64,000 nucleotides of DNA, taken from Laetmonice hystrix. Taxonomy: Eukaryota. Positions 44,040 through 55,456 of this stretch are shown here, piece after piece. The translations under genes were made by a program, and so were the position numbers. The stretch covers positions 18,848,001-18,912,000 of the forward strand of contig OZ249444.1 in the NCBI GenBank assembly GCA_965235115.1, written 5' to 3'. The notes below the pieces were generated by a model. It ran no database searches and was not told where the DNA came from. It saw nothing but the letters and a program-made list of their open reading frames with translations. Every line of letters starts with the position of its first letter. Within the stretch, counting starts at the first letter, position 1.

Positions 44040-47000
44040 GACAAGGAGAAGCTGTGGGAATCAACATCACTCCCCAAAACCCCCATTAGGTAGGCCTACT
44101 AGGCCTAGGGCCTATATACGATTGCCTTCTGGCAGACCCTCCCCTGCAGTGGCAAGCCATCGAGGGTCGCCACAATATTTTTGCAGTTGTCGGTAGGCCT
44201 ATACTATAGGCCTAGGCATATTACACCGAACGCCTAGAAATTTCTGAAGAAAAGGGGACCCGGACCATTGTTCCATAGAGGATGCCAATGGATACGATAA
44301 CAAAATCTCACGAAATAGGCCTACTGTATTAGCCTAAGTAGACTCTATTAGGGGGCAGCGGTGTAGGCAGAACCGAGATAAGGCGGGGGGGGGGGGGGGC
44401 GGGTCCCAACCATATTAGTAATTCATTCAGATCTATTTAGTTATTGAATTATTTATTAATTATATTTTTGGGGGAGGGGGGGGGGGGGGGGGTCCAGGCA
44501 ACGCGGAAATCCCCTTGCACCACCCCGTACTTTATCAGTGAGCAATTATTGTTCAGTGGTTTCACGCCATCTTCACGGTAAAATCAAGGTCAGGCTATTG
44601 TAAAGTAGGACCCGTCCTTTATAAACTCAGGTAGGGCTAATGCCGTAGTGTAACCCCTATATTATGCCTGTAACACAACAATCCCATCGTCAGGTCAATT
44701 TCGGTCTTGGCTGAAGGTGGGGACTAGGTACTAAAATATGGACGTGAAAATTTTACTGAGGGCAGTATGTGGAGGTGCATAGAATAAATACATCATGTAG
44801 TAAAAGAACAATGATTTTATTCAAACAATTTTACAATGCGGCAGCTTTCTACAATACACACTAATACTTGAGGCATGACCTGCGTTAACGTAACCTCAGT
44901 TCCCATCTACGACACCAGGGGGCTGCTTTTGTTGGCAAGACAACAGTGCACTCTATAGTGCACCATTATTACACTACTTCACAGTACACTCAAGATAGAT
45001 ATCAGAAAGTCACTCACAGAAAGTCAAGCCCCAAAAAATCACTAATTCCTTTCTCCCGACATTTTCTCTGATGGAATGCTTTTTAGTAGACCGGTACTTT
45101 CTTCTGGAATAGTTTCCTTGCCACCAGTTTGCTGATATTTGAGTCAGACTTCCCCATTGAATGTTTTTACGACTAAGTACGCCTCCCTAAATAGTGCACG
45201 GATGAAGCAACACACAAGCAAATTTTTGTTGGATTAGCAAATATCTAAAACATTAAATACTCAAACTGGGGTATAAATCCACCTGGTGTCGCGGAGGGAA
45301 TGAGCTGGGTTGGAAACTCAGTCCGAAGGCCAGCTGTGGGTGAAAATAGAAAGGTACGATGCCCGTGGCAGCCTTCATACTAAAACACACATTATTACCA
45401 GTATTTTGCCTCACAACGTATGTTCCATTACGAAGCTCTCCAAGGAACAAACCTACCCGGTCTCTACCTCTCATGTTTTTCAACACGTAACGGAATCTCA
45501 ACCATCTTCTCAAGTTTCTGACCCAGAGAATGGAAACGGAGGCAACACTGAAGTGCTGGGACTGATATGAAATAAACAACTCCTGTTTGGAGCTGCACGA
45601 AATAAAATGATTGTTATATACGAGGTAATCATTTATGCACATGTATTCAGTGGGTTTCTGTGTGTTACTTATATTATGTACTGATCTGGTGGTGTTCTAT
45701 CACCATCAGCCTAGGCCCTTCACCACACATGCATACGCTAAATCCTAGTCATGCTCATTGTTAATTTGGTGATCAATACCAGCTCTACCTTGATCCTTAT
45801 TTTTTGCTTGGGCCTAACTCTTTTTTGTATTTTTGTGTGCACTGTAGAATTCACCTATGGTTAATTTCTCACTGATAAACCTGGTAACTCATATCTAAAA
45901 TCTTCACTTTGTGGTATGTACGTAATGATGCAATGCTCCAGATACCAGGGCTGGTAATCAACCAGCATGGTGTAGACACATCGTCTCAAACCTTTGGTGT
46001 CCCTAATGCATAGACGTTCATTCTCACATACCAGCAAGCAATCAACAATATCAATAAAAATCAATGTACAACGCTAAAAGTATCCACTACGCATCAATCG
46101 ATCAATCAATTAATCAATCAAAAGATGGCATTAAGTTACACTCAATGATTATTTCCCTGTAATAGTAAGACCAATAATGACATCTCTAACACACCTAGGT
46201 ATGACAAGTCAGGATTATGTATAACACGGTTTGTGTCCTCTTGCATATTGCTTGCAGTTCTTTAAACTTTTTTATTTGTAGTATTTTTTCCATTTTCTTA
46301 TCTTTTCTTTTATCTTTTTTTTCTGCAGGTGAGAAGTGACTGTAATTATGAAAGCAAATTGAAGGAGTTGATAATAGCAACTACTACTGGCCACAAACAA
46401 CATTTACAGATAGCAGACTGCCTGATCTATTCGGGTGGGACCATCTTCCGAGCTTCAGCCCAATACGTCTGGCAAGTGAGTTCCAGTCTACATAGAGGTG
46501 AAGCTCATACTGCACTTATATACAGGGCGATTTGTCTCCAATCAAACGGATTAACAATAATTTCCCCGTTTGTCTATGTGATAATCTTACACCACCAAAC
46601 GTCAGAGCCAAGCAACAACTTGATGACAAGCAATTAATCGACTTCCTGTCATTACATGATTCTGTAAAACCACAAATTGGTAGTATTCCTAAGAAGACGT
46701 CATTTAGTATCAGTATTGTTATTAGTATCTACATATTAGGCTAGCCAATTCCAAGCCATCGTTCATGTGGTCCACGACCTGTTTTACAATGCGAGGCACA
46801 CACTTTTCAGGGCCACCGGCGGCCTGCCTGGACAACTATCCCCAGAGAAACTCATCCGCACACTTGATCAGTATGATATGCAAGACGTCATGACAGGCCT
46901 TTCAAGCTAAGAACAAAGATAAGATGCTAAACTCTCACTGTGTCTGTATCTGGTCTAACATCTGGGTTGGTGCAAAAAAAGAACAATAAAAACGGTCTCA

Positions 47001-47976
47001 TATAAGAGAGCTGGCCAACGAGAAGAACGCCTGAGCAGCACCAGTGGCTGGATACACAGACCACACAAACGATGCCTTATAATAGGTGTTGTCTACAGGG
47101 TTACTCGTCTACGTTGTGTTCCGAACAGGCACCGCTACAGAGTACAGGATGACATTCAACTCTTCGGAAACGCAGAATAAGTTCACATACAACAATTCAA
47201 ACAATTAAAAAATCACAGCATTGGTGTGATTACCCCTAAAAACATGATGATGTGTTTTATTCTTTACAAACTATCAAAGTTATATGTGTATATATAAGTA
47301 TGTATATAGGAAAAGCTGTCACCCGTTCACTTGGAGTGGGTAGCATGTCTCTCTGATATTGAACACCTTGCCCTACAAGTTTTGACTGAGACTTTGGTTT
47401 GTTTCTGTTTCGCCATATAAATTTGAAAGTAGAGTTTCTGTGAGACATCCTACACCAGCATCCACATACATTCTTGTGGTAGGTACACACATAAAGCTGT
47501 TGGATGAACACACAAGAGAGAGAAAAGAAGAATATTTTACACCCATTCGTTGAGCATTACACTGTACAGTCCTTCCTATGTTGCATCGTATAGTATGTAA
47601 TGTTATGTTGGTCTCACACTAGTCGGACTTGACTGTAGGTGTTGCAATGTACATGTGGCCCACGTCTGCGGTGAATAACTAGCTGTACAAGAGAACGGGA
47701 ACCTGCCGACCTTCATTCAAACGTCAAACTCTCAGACACCGAGTGTGCCACATTATTTAAAATTCCCTATATGAAATCTTAGTTGCTGGATCTTTCATTG
47801 TTTATCTACATTTTATATCTATTAAACCCGTGATGTTAAAAGGGTTGTTGCTAAAAAAACAAATCTTGATTCCCAAGTGAGTGTTTAGTGTAGGAAAAGT
47901 TCAGTTTCCTTAACTCTGCACTGGGCGGCACTGCAGTTGATGAGTGTCCACTCCTGTGAGAAGTGAGTCCTCTACT

Positions 47977-48216
47977 CTAGTTAATGAGTATTTCGAAATG
48001 TGTGCTGCCAGCCTTGTCGTTCTTGTGATGGTAGATGTTATCTGCCCACACTTTGCACCATAACTGAAGGAGTTGGCCTTGGGTTGGGGTCTTGAAGCGG
48101 GCCATCACCAATGGGGCGCGGTATCCCTTCTGCTTCTGGTATGGGTAGAAAGCTTTTGGGAATCCACCTGGTGGGTAGAACTGGACCTGGCCAATGTTGT
48201 CCTCGGTGGCGTATTC
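47977..48216 (-). CDS. ATP1B: Na+/K+-ATPase beta subunit, alternative terminal exon B (EYATEDNIGQVQFYPPGGF...WCKVWADNI...EILIN*)
   Basis: Typical beta-subunit C-terminus (FYPY motif, PLV..RF, WCK.WA.NI); acceptor gttcttgcag|, phase 0, TAG stop. Confidence 0.92.
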   Translation of the reverse strand, partial: EYATEDNIGQVQFYPPGGFPKAFYPYQKQKGYRAPLVMARFKTPTQGQLLQLWCKVWADNIYHHKNDKAGSTHFEILIN

Positions 48217-48423
48217 CTGCAAGAACATACAAACCAAAATACAATACAGCTCTCCCACGGAATCATGGAACAGCGACCTTCGGATTGACCACATAATCTA
48301 ATGACTGCAGGTAATCCTCACGATGTCACATTTATTTATAAACATAGGGAACATCTCCTCTATCGTTTGGTACACTTCTCTGTACGTGTGATAGATAGCT
48401 TTCTTATATTGTAAAACCCTCAC

Positions 48424-48525
48424 CTCTCCCTCACATGAGACCGGCAAATGATCATCCGTCCACGAGTTGGCAATAATCTCTGGCTTAGTGTCATTGGAGT
48501 ACAGCTCGGGCTCCCATCCAAATAC
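48424..48525 (-). CDS. ATP1B: Na+/K+-ATPase beta subunit, alternative penultimate exon B (VFGWEPELY...PVSCEGE)
   Basis: 102 nt, phase 0/0; acceptor ttttcacgtttgcag| and donor GAG|gtgagg; carries the FGW.P motif and the conserved Cys. Confidence 0.92.
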
Positions 48526-50142
48526 CTGCAAACGTGAAAAATAAACAAATCTATCAATAAAATACACTTTAATATCCACTTATCACGAAACACTCGTTGT
48601 CCTAACAGCCATCATCCACTTTGTTGTCTATAATTTACTAAAAATAAGAACCACTAAGTTTTCCTTTTTTGTCACTTTCTGCAGGTGTCTGCTACCTGAC
48701 TTTAATATGCTATCCAACATGTAGTTCAGAAAGAAAATGAGGTATTTTCCAGACTTATACCAGTGACCACGTACTTAGTTCAAAACATACAAGACTTAAC
48801 GACCTATGGTACTGTTAATTCAACGTGAAAAAAGTTAAATTCTGAAATGTAACACTGAACACTCACAATGCTTTGGAATATAATGCCATTACCTTATCTG
48901 CGAACTACTGCGTCAGACTACTGTGTCAGTGCTCGGGAAAGTCTGACACATCATTACTGGCATAAATATTATGGTATCTGGTACATGTATTCTATTGCAA
49001 ATACAGTACATGTAATCAACATTGGCCAACATAAACTCTGCTGCATATCCAAACAAACAGAAACAGGGACAAGGGTTAACATAAATGTCAAAAGGACCAT
49101 GATTCACGACGCCATTTTCCCTTGTTTGTCCTGTTGATATCTGTCGCAAGGTAATTCAGTAGACTGTACAGAACAATGTTCACTTCATTTACAATTTATA
49201 ACACACTTTACATATATTATACGGGAAGAAATGGGGAAAAAAAATTATCAAATACTTTTATTGTTCACAGAAACAATTACATCAAAAACTTAAGTAACAT
49301 TGACAACTTCTGCTAAATGATAGTAAAACCTAAAACTTCACTGGGATGATTAAGTAATATTTACATACACACTGCATTTCCACCTGGTCTTATACCAGTG
49401 TATAGTGGAAACCTTTTATTCTACTGATACAAGATTCTACTTATACAATTTACTACTCCGATTGAGGTTCCTCTCCTTGGTACTGCAACTGACATCCACT
49501 TGGATGGATGGTTCTTGACAACATTATGTACATAGAATAACTTTCTCTGCCTTTCTTTCATTATTATACATCACTAATGCCTACTAGTTCTACCTCAGTA
49601 CGTCCACGTGCCTCATGTACATACACAACATCAATTCAGGCTTAGTTCGAGAATCACTTGGGTAAGAATAACTTCTAACCTCTTTACATATAATAGCAGA
49701 AAGATAACGAGCTCATTTTTAGCAATGTCATTTCAAATTCATCTTTTTTCTCTCTCTACTATTGGAACGGCTTTGTTATCTTGCACTATCTGAATGCAGC
49801 AAACAACAGCGTAGCCTTCATCACAACATGGATCTACTCTACAGCACATCAAAATAGTTATTTCATGTGAAAACTTATTTATTTTAAATCAACTTATCTT
49901 AAATGTTCCCTACATTATGGATACAAGTTACATTCACAACCAATGGGTTTCTCAGCTTTCAGTCCTCTATTTGCCGTTCACGGACCACCTTGGTTTTCGC
50001 CAGTATCCGACTTCATTGTTGTCCCATCACTCCCGTTTGTTCTACATTTATTTTTTCAGAGCTCAGAATAATCCTACCGTTTTCAAATTACACAATTGTA
50101 CAATCCCCACACTTTGTATGATCAGGGTGATGCTGAGTAATG

Positions 50143-50391
50143 TTAACTGCCCTCATGGACGTGGACTGTGAACCGCACGCTTCCTGCCTGGTCACGACGG
50201 TCATGGTAAATGTTGCTGGCCCATGCTTTGCACCAAACGCCGACATCTAAGTCCTTTGCAGTGTTGTTGAAGCGAACAGCCACAAGTGGAGGCAAGTACG
50301 CTTTCTTGTTCATGTATGGATAGAAGGCGGCGAGGAACCCTCCAGCAGGGTAGAACGTTATCGGACCTACTCTACCGTGATCCACAGTATA
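50143..50391 (-). CDS. ATP1B: Na+/K+-ATPase beta subunit, terminal exon A (YTVDHGRVGPITFYPAGGF...WCKAWASNI...HEGS*)
   Basis: Beta-subunit C-terminal motifs; acceptor ttattacag|, phase 0, TAA stop. Confidence 0.93.
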   Translation of the reverse strand, partial: YTVDHGRVGPITFYPAGGFLAAFYPYMNKKAYLPPLVAVRFNNTAKDLDVGVWCKAWASNIYHDRRDQAGSVRFTVHVHEGS

Positions 50392-50692
50392 CTGTAATAA
50401 ATATTTGTAAAAACTTCATAAAATAATAGATAAATTCTTTACTACTGCAACTAAACTACCCACTACCTTTCGGCTTGAACCATTTAAACAAATATGCATC
50501 TAGTTATTTGAAATGCATGGACAATACTGGGAACTCATTATGTACAGGAGTGACAAAAATTTATTTTACTAAAGGCAATTTCATTCTTAACTTGACGTGA
50601 TCTGTCCAACAAAAACACGAGTTTCAAGAAAACGTGAAATTGGGTATGTTATTTATGCTTATTTTCAACAGGAAATGAATCAGAAGACTTAC

Positions 50693-50794
50693 CGCTCCAC
50701 TGCAGGTGACAGGCACACTATCGTTGGTCACCAAAAAGTTTCCATCGGCAGGTTGGGTATCATTAGTGTACAGCACCGGTTCCCAGCCATAAAC
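50693..50794 (-). CDS. ATP1B: Na+/K+-ATPase beta subunit, penultimate exon A (VYGWEPVLY...PVTCSGA)
   Basis: 102 nt, phase 0/0; acceptor gtggcag| and donor GCG|gtaagt. Confidence 0.92.
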
Positions 50795-52396
50795 CTGCCA
50801 CACCATGTAAAAGAGACACCTATAACTTTCTGTCACGCATTTCTCTAAATCTTCATTAAAATTGTGAAGATAAATGAACGTAAATCAACATCAGACCGTC
50901 AACTTTAAATACAAGTGGAGGGTTTAGCTTAATGGGCCCAGAACAAACTGCCATAAAAATGAACTTAAAGCTACTGCAATCTGCATAAAAAGGGGTCTGC
51001 TAAATTATAAGAGTAGGCCTTTCAGAGCAAGGTAAATAATTGTACAATACAACACTTCCATACATCCCCTGAACCGGCTACACCAACACATACAAAGAAT
51101 AAAAAAACACGATCACATATCAAATGCATTACATGAAAAAGAATACCTATACAGTCGTGCCTTTTGTAAGTTTTTATAAACATCAGGATTGTTGATTCAT
51201 GAACCATATATTGTCTCTTGTAACTTGCTTTCAAAAACGCCACAGATACTACAGTATAATGTCCAAATCTGTCCATATTTAAAAGCCAATTTATTTTCTT
51301 TAAGAGGGTTATTTATGTTCATAATAGATCTCAAGGGAAAATAGTTTCTCAGATGTATTTTTCCAGAGTTATTATCAGATGAAATTTAACTCTTACTTAC
51401 CATTATACAAGTTGCCAGTTGTCTTTGAGGCTTCGCTTAAAACTTATCAATGATACTTCAACTTCTGTATGAATAATTCTTTATCCTATGCACGAAAATG
51501 GTATCCACTTATTCTTAATATTCCATATTCACCATCCATCTTCTCTGGCGGGGCAGCAACGAAAAAAAGGGCTGAACTCTGCAAACTAACTTCAACTCAC
51601 AATTTTACGGCCACTATGGATTTGCATGGTGTTTCCAATTTATGCTATCCTTATGTTACCAATGTAACTGTAATCTGTTCATTAACAGTTTTTCCTTATT
51701 AAGATCACACTCTTCGCTCAGAGAATCATGCAAATCCAAAGTTTTGTCTTCAAACCAAAAAAAAACAACCAAGAAACTCCATTGTCAAACAGTACAATTG
51801 TCCTCATCACAATAATCAGGATTCCTACCAACATACAAACAGTTAACTCGTCCATATCACAGGTATATACAAGGATTGGGTTCCCACTGGTCAGGTCGTC
51901 CTATTTCTGGCGTTATTGTTTTATTTTCTAGGCCAACTCAGCCATCCAGAGGTCAACAGAAGGGTCTGTATACATTTACGAGGGAGCAGTGAAGGGGCCA
52001 ACTGCAGAATACAGGTATAAAGAAAACAGTGTTTCTTGGGGCACTCTGAACGTATCGATAACCAAACTCATTTTGTAAGCCAATGGTGTGTGAGCTTGCA
52101 AAATAATGATTATGAATGAAGCCAAATTTTTAGCCCTCGATGGAAAAAAAAAAACCACTTGGCTTGCTCATTTGCCCAACTGACGGATTTTCTGACGATC
52201 AAACCCCATGGGAACCCTGCATATACAAGTCATGTTTTGAACACTTAACACCTTTTCCCGCCAAGGTGAAAAATGCATCTTGTGCACAACTTTCACCAGG
52301 TCTTCCTCCTGTTCCGTATTACTTGGCTGTTACTTTTGAGCATGGAGAAAGAACTGGCCTCATTTCACTTACAATTCTGCAATTTTTAGTACATAC

Positions 52397-52575
52397 CTTG
52401 TTCATTTTTAGTATAATGCATGGCTCTCCCTCATAGAATCCAAAATTATTTTCCTCCGTACACCAGTCCCCAAGCATGCCCATGTCAAACTTGCAGGGAT
52501 CCGTAGCACCTTCTGGTCGGCCATTACTGCAGTCAACTGTTGGACCTTCCTTATCAATAGCCTCTGATTTGTACA
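52397..52575 (-). CDS. ATP1B: Na+/K+-ATPase beta subunit, shared exon (VYKSEA...VDC...PCKF...WCTEENNFGFYEGEPCIILKMNK)
   Basis: Four conserved Cys and the hallmark N.FG....PCIILKMNK; acceptor tctttcag|, donor AAG|gtatgt, phase 1/0. Confidence 0.95.
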
Positions 52576-52743
52576 CTGAAAGACAAAGATCAACCAATCT
52601 CACATACATATTTTTATACCTGTCTCATTTAAGAATATTACATCTTGATTTCTGGTTCGAGTATATTCAAGCAACAAGTTGTGTTGGCATTTAGAATTGT
52701 ATAAACAAAATGGCTAACCTTTCTCTTTAAAACATTCACTTAC

Positions 52744-52854
52744 CTTTAAGAAAATCTTTCATGGAATCGATATACTCTTTAAAGGTGTCGGGTTGACCAG
52801 TCTTGAATTTTATCAGAGTGCTCTCGACATCAGGCATCGGCCGGAATCCAAGAC
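52744..52854 (-). CDS. ATP1B: Na+/K+-ATPase beta subunit, shared exon (GLGFRPMPDVESTLIKFKTGQPDTFKEYIDSMKDFLK)
   Basis: Hallmark (P)GLGFRP motif that follows the TM helix; acceptor tgttgtag|, donor AAG|gtaagt, phase 1/1. Not in the ORF track; translated by hand. Confidence 0.93.
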
Positions 52855-53379
52855 CTACAACATACAACATGAAAATATGAGTACAAAATCTACAACCTCC
52901 ATTTTGCAGAATAATAATACTATAATTGCTCTACTAACGTCCCCTTCACCCCTAAGCGTGAACATTCCAACGACATCTCCTCTATATTTATAATGAATGC
53001 GGATGAAGCTAAGTCAATGACACATTTTGAATCTAATCCACTACTTTTGACAATTTGTTGGAACCTCTCTCCCTCTTCCCCAATCCCATCCATATGGATA
53101 CTTTTAGTTTAGTAGCATTGTTAATGTCACTTTGAAAAAACCTTCACTTACTACCATAGAATTCAAAACATCTGATCACAGCCTGCATATGAATGTTTTA
53201 AAAAATTTACTACACCAAGGACAAGGGATATGTAGTCCACTGCACATATGAACTCGGAGTCAGATGTAGTTTAGTTCAAAAGAACTACAGTTACTTATAT
53301 ATATTTGGAGACGATTTCAAGAATCTTGAGAGGCACGGTATACCTGATCAGTATTCAGGGCAGGCGACAGCTGTGGAGT

Positions 53380-53404
53380 GGGGGGGGGGGGGGGGGGGGG
53401 GGGG
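53380..53404. repeat. G25 homopolymer in an ATP1B intron
   Basis: Direct reading. Confidence 0.9.
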
Positions 53405-55316
53405 AGGGGTGTCGGTGGACAGCCATCACAATTGCAGAGTTTACCTTTAGGATTTCAGACACACAACAATAGATACTATTCCTGGCCTCTGCCTGCCACT
53501 GTCAGCCCCCTGAAGGAGGTAACAACCATTCCTGTACTGTTTACTGACCTGATTGGGAGCTGACTGCTCCACAAATGCCGGTTATGCAACACAAATCCGT
53601 CCATTGGCAGGATCAACCCAAGGTCATGAAAAGGATTCGTGTGAAAGAGATTTCTACGTTTAGATGAGAAAGGTTCTTGCTCCAGCATAGATTGGAAAGA
53701 GGGCACAATTATTGTTAGGCATATATAGGCAGAGTTGTGTTGAGAAAGATTTAAAATGCTTCCTTCAACCCCTGCAATGGTAGCTGGTCCCATTGAGGGT
53801 TGGGGAAAGTATGCCGTTCTGTATCTGATGGATGAATACATGGCCCCATTATTGGTGTGCCTGCTATGGCTTCAGCCACCACCACCACCAGCTGCATCAA
53901 ACTAAATTTACCAGATGGCCAAGAAGGCAATCAATAAATCAACATCGACTGCTGCTACGGTCCAGGATGTGAGGGGCGCTGGCTGGAGGAGGGTGGGGGT
54001 GTATCCTGACTAAGGAACCGGCTCACACGATCGTCACCCCACCTGGCGGGCACAATCCACCTCACCTCAGGCCCAGCGGCCACACGACCGGCCCCACCTA
54101 CCACTTCACCCACCGTCTCAATGGCCAGTGTTTGTGTCTTGTAAAGGAAATCTTTACAGGTCAACTACTTTTTGATAATATGAAAGTATTAATGGGGTTT
54201 CCCCTCAGTAAATCTATGGGGAAAAATGAATCCATGACTTGCAGGCTTCAGAGATTGGCCATTTTGAACCATAAACCTAAAAATAACGAGATTTTGGAGA
54301 AAATGAAAAAGATGCTTGCCAAATTTGTGTGAAATTCACTTTTTCGAATTTCCATGACCAGGGCAAACCATACCACGGCCACATATTTGTAAATTAGATA
54401 TCCATCTCCCCCCCCCCCTACCAATCACTCGGTGGTAGCGTTAGAGGCTGGTACCACTGACAGCCATACCAATTACGCAAAGTGGAAGCCTGGGTCAGAA
54501 TTTGCCTTGTTTACTGGCCAGCAACTACATACAGGCTTCGCTACGGTTTGCAGTTTGCCCGAGGCATCGAAAAAATGGATGAACTTCGGCCTTTTAACAT
54601 GCATACTGGCAGGCAATGTTGTAATATCTCGTCAAATGCCAGTACATGGGCCTTTTCAGTGCAAACTTACCGGTAAAGAATCTCTGACTACAACCTATTC
54701 CATAAACTACAGGACCGATTTAGTAGATCCGCACATGGTAAGACAGTAAAGAAAAGAAAAGGAAAAAAAATGGCCAGCATTATCAACAAACACGCATCTA
54801 ACCATCACTATATCAGTATGCTTTCATCATCTAGGTTTGAAGAGCAACTGAGAGAATATTGCTAGATGAAACCGACATTTGTAATAGAGTTAGTGGCGAG
54901 ATTGGGTCTCACTGATCCAATAAATCATCACACCCAGGCTCACAGAGTCTTCAGACCTAGCCAGAAGCTGGCATGGCCGTCAGAGCTGACATTGGCAAGG
55001 TCACAATGCTGGGGTGGTCAACCAAAGCCAAAAATGTGATCAACTGCAGATCTAAAGCAGCTCCAAACTCAATTGTTTTTTTTTTTTTGGGGGGGGGGGG
55101 GGGGGTGTAATCAACACTCCTATTCAGTGTATTTTCCTGAACACCTTAACAACTTGCATTACAGCAGATTAGTGAATACAAAGTTGTTTTTCAGTCTAGG
55201 TATCTTACTAACTTCTTCTATCCCTCATGACAGATACCATTTAGCATTTGTCAAACTTAGGACTCAATTATAGCCTGCACCAAAGTAGCATCCGGTAAAA
55301 AATACTTTGGACTTCA

Positions 55317-55456
55317 GGGGATCGTTTCACTAAACACTCGTATTTTACGAGCTCGTATTTTCCGTAGATCATATCAAAATGTACGAGTTTGCTCTTGTTT
55401 ACGAGCTATAAGGCCATACATGTATGAGCTCGGTCAGTCTTACTGAAACGAGCTCC
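55317..55456. mobile_element. MITE-like element with imperfect 17-bp terminal inverted repeats and internal CTCGTA/TACGAG repeats
   Basis: ggggatcgtttcactaa ... ttactgaaacgagctcc (14/17 match); no ORF. Confidence 0.55.

Larger units (their letters stand above)
41614..44925. promoter_or_regulatory. Cluster of CTCF-like motifs (candidate insulator/boundary)
   Basis: Matches to CCRCYAGRKGGCRS at 41614-41627(-), 42931-42944(-), 43187-43200(+), 43284-43297(-), 43649-43662(-) and 44912-44925(+); partial matches at 43211(-) and 43261(+). Confidence 0.6.

Noticed and set aside
47977-48525. Exon pair B as a separate second ATP1B gene or a pseudogene
   Set aside because: No GLGFRP, PCIILK or TM exons were seen between 48526 and 50142, and frames, splice sites and cysteines are intact despite about 55% amino acid divergence. 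Not formally excluded without RNA data.
54671-54706. 36-nt minus-strand segment with a gtaagt donor, in phase to precede the GLGFRP exon
   Set aside because: It translates to YGIGCSQRFFT, unlike the expected post-TM beta-subunit sequence; treated as a chance splice-like match.
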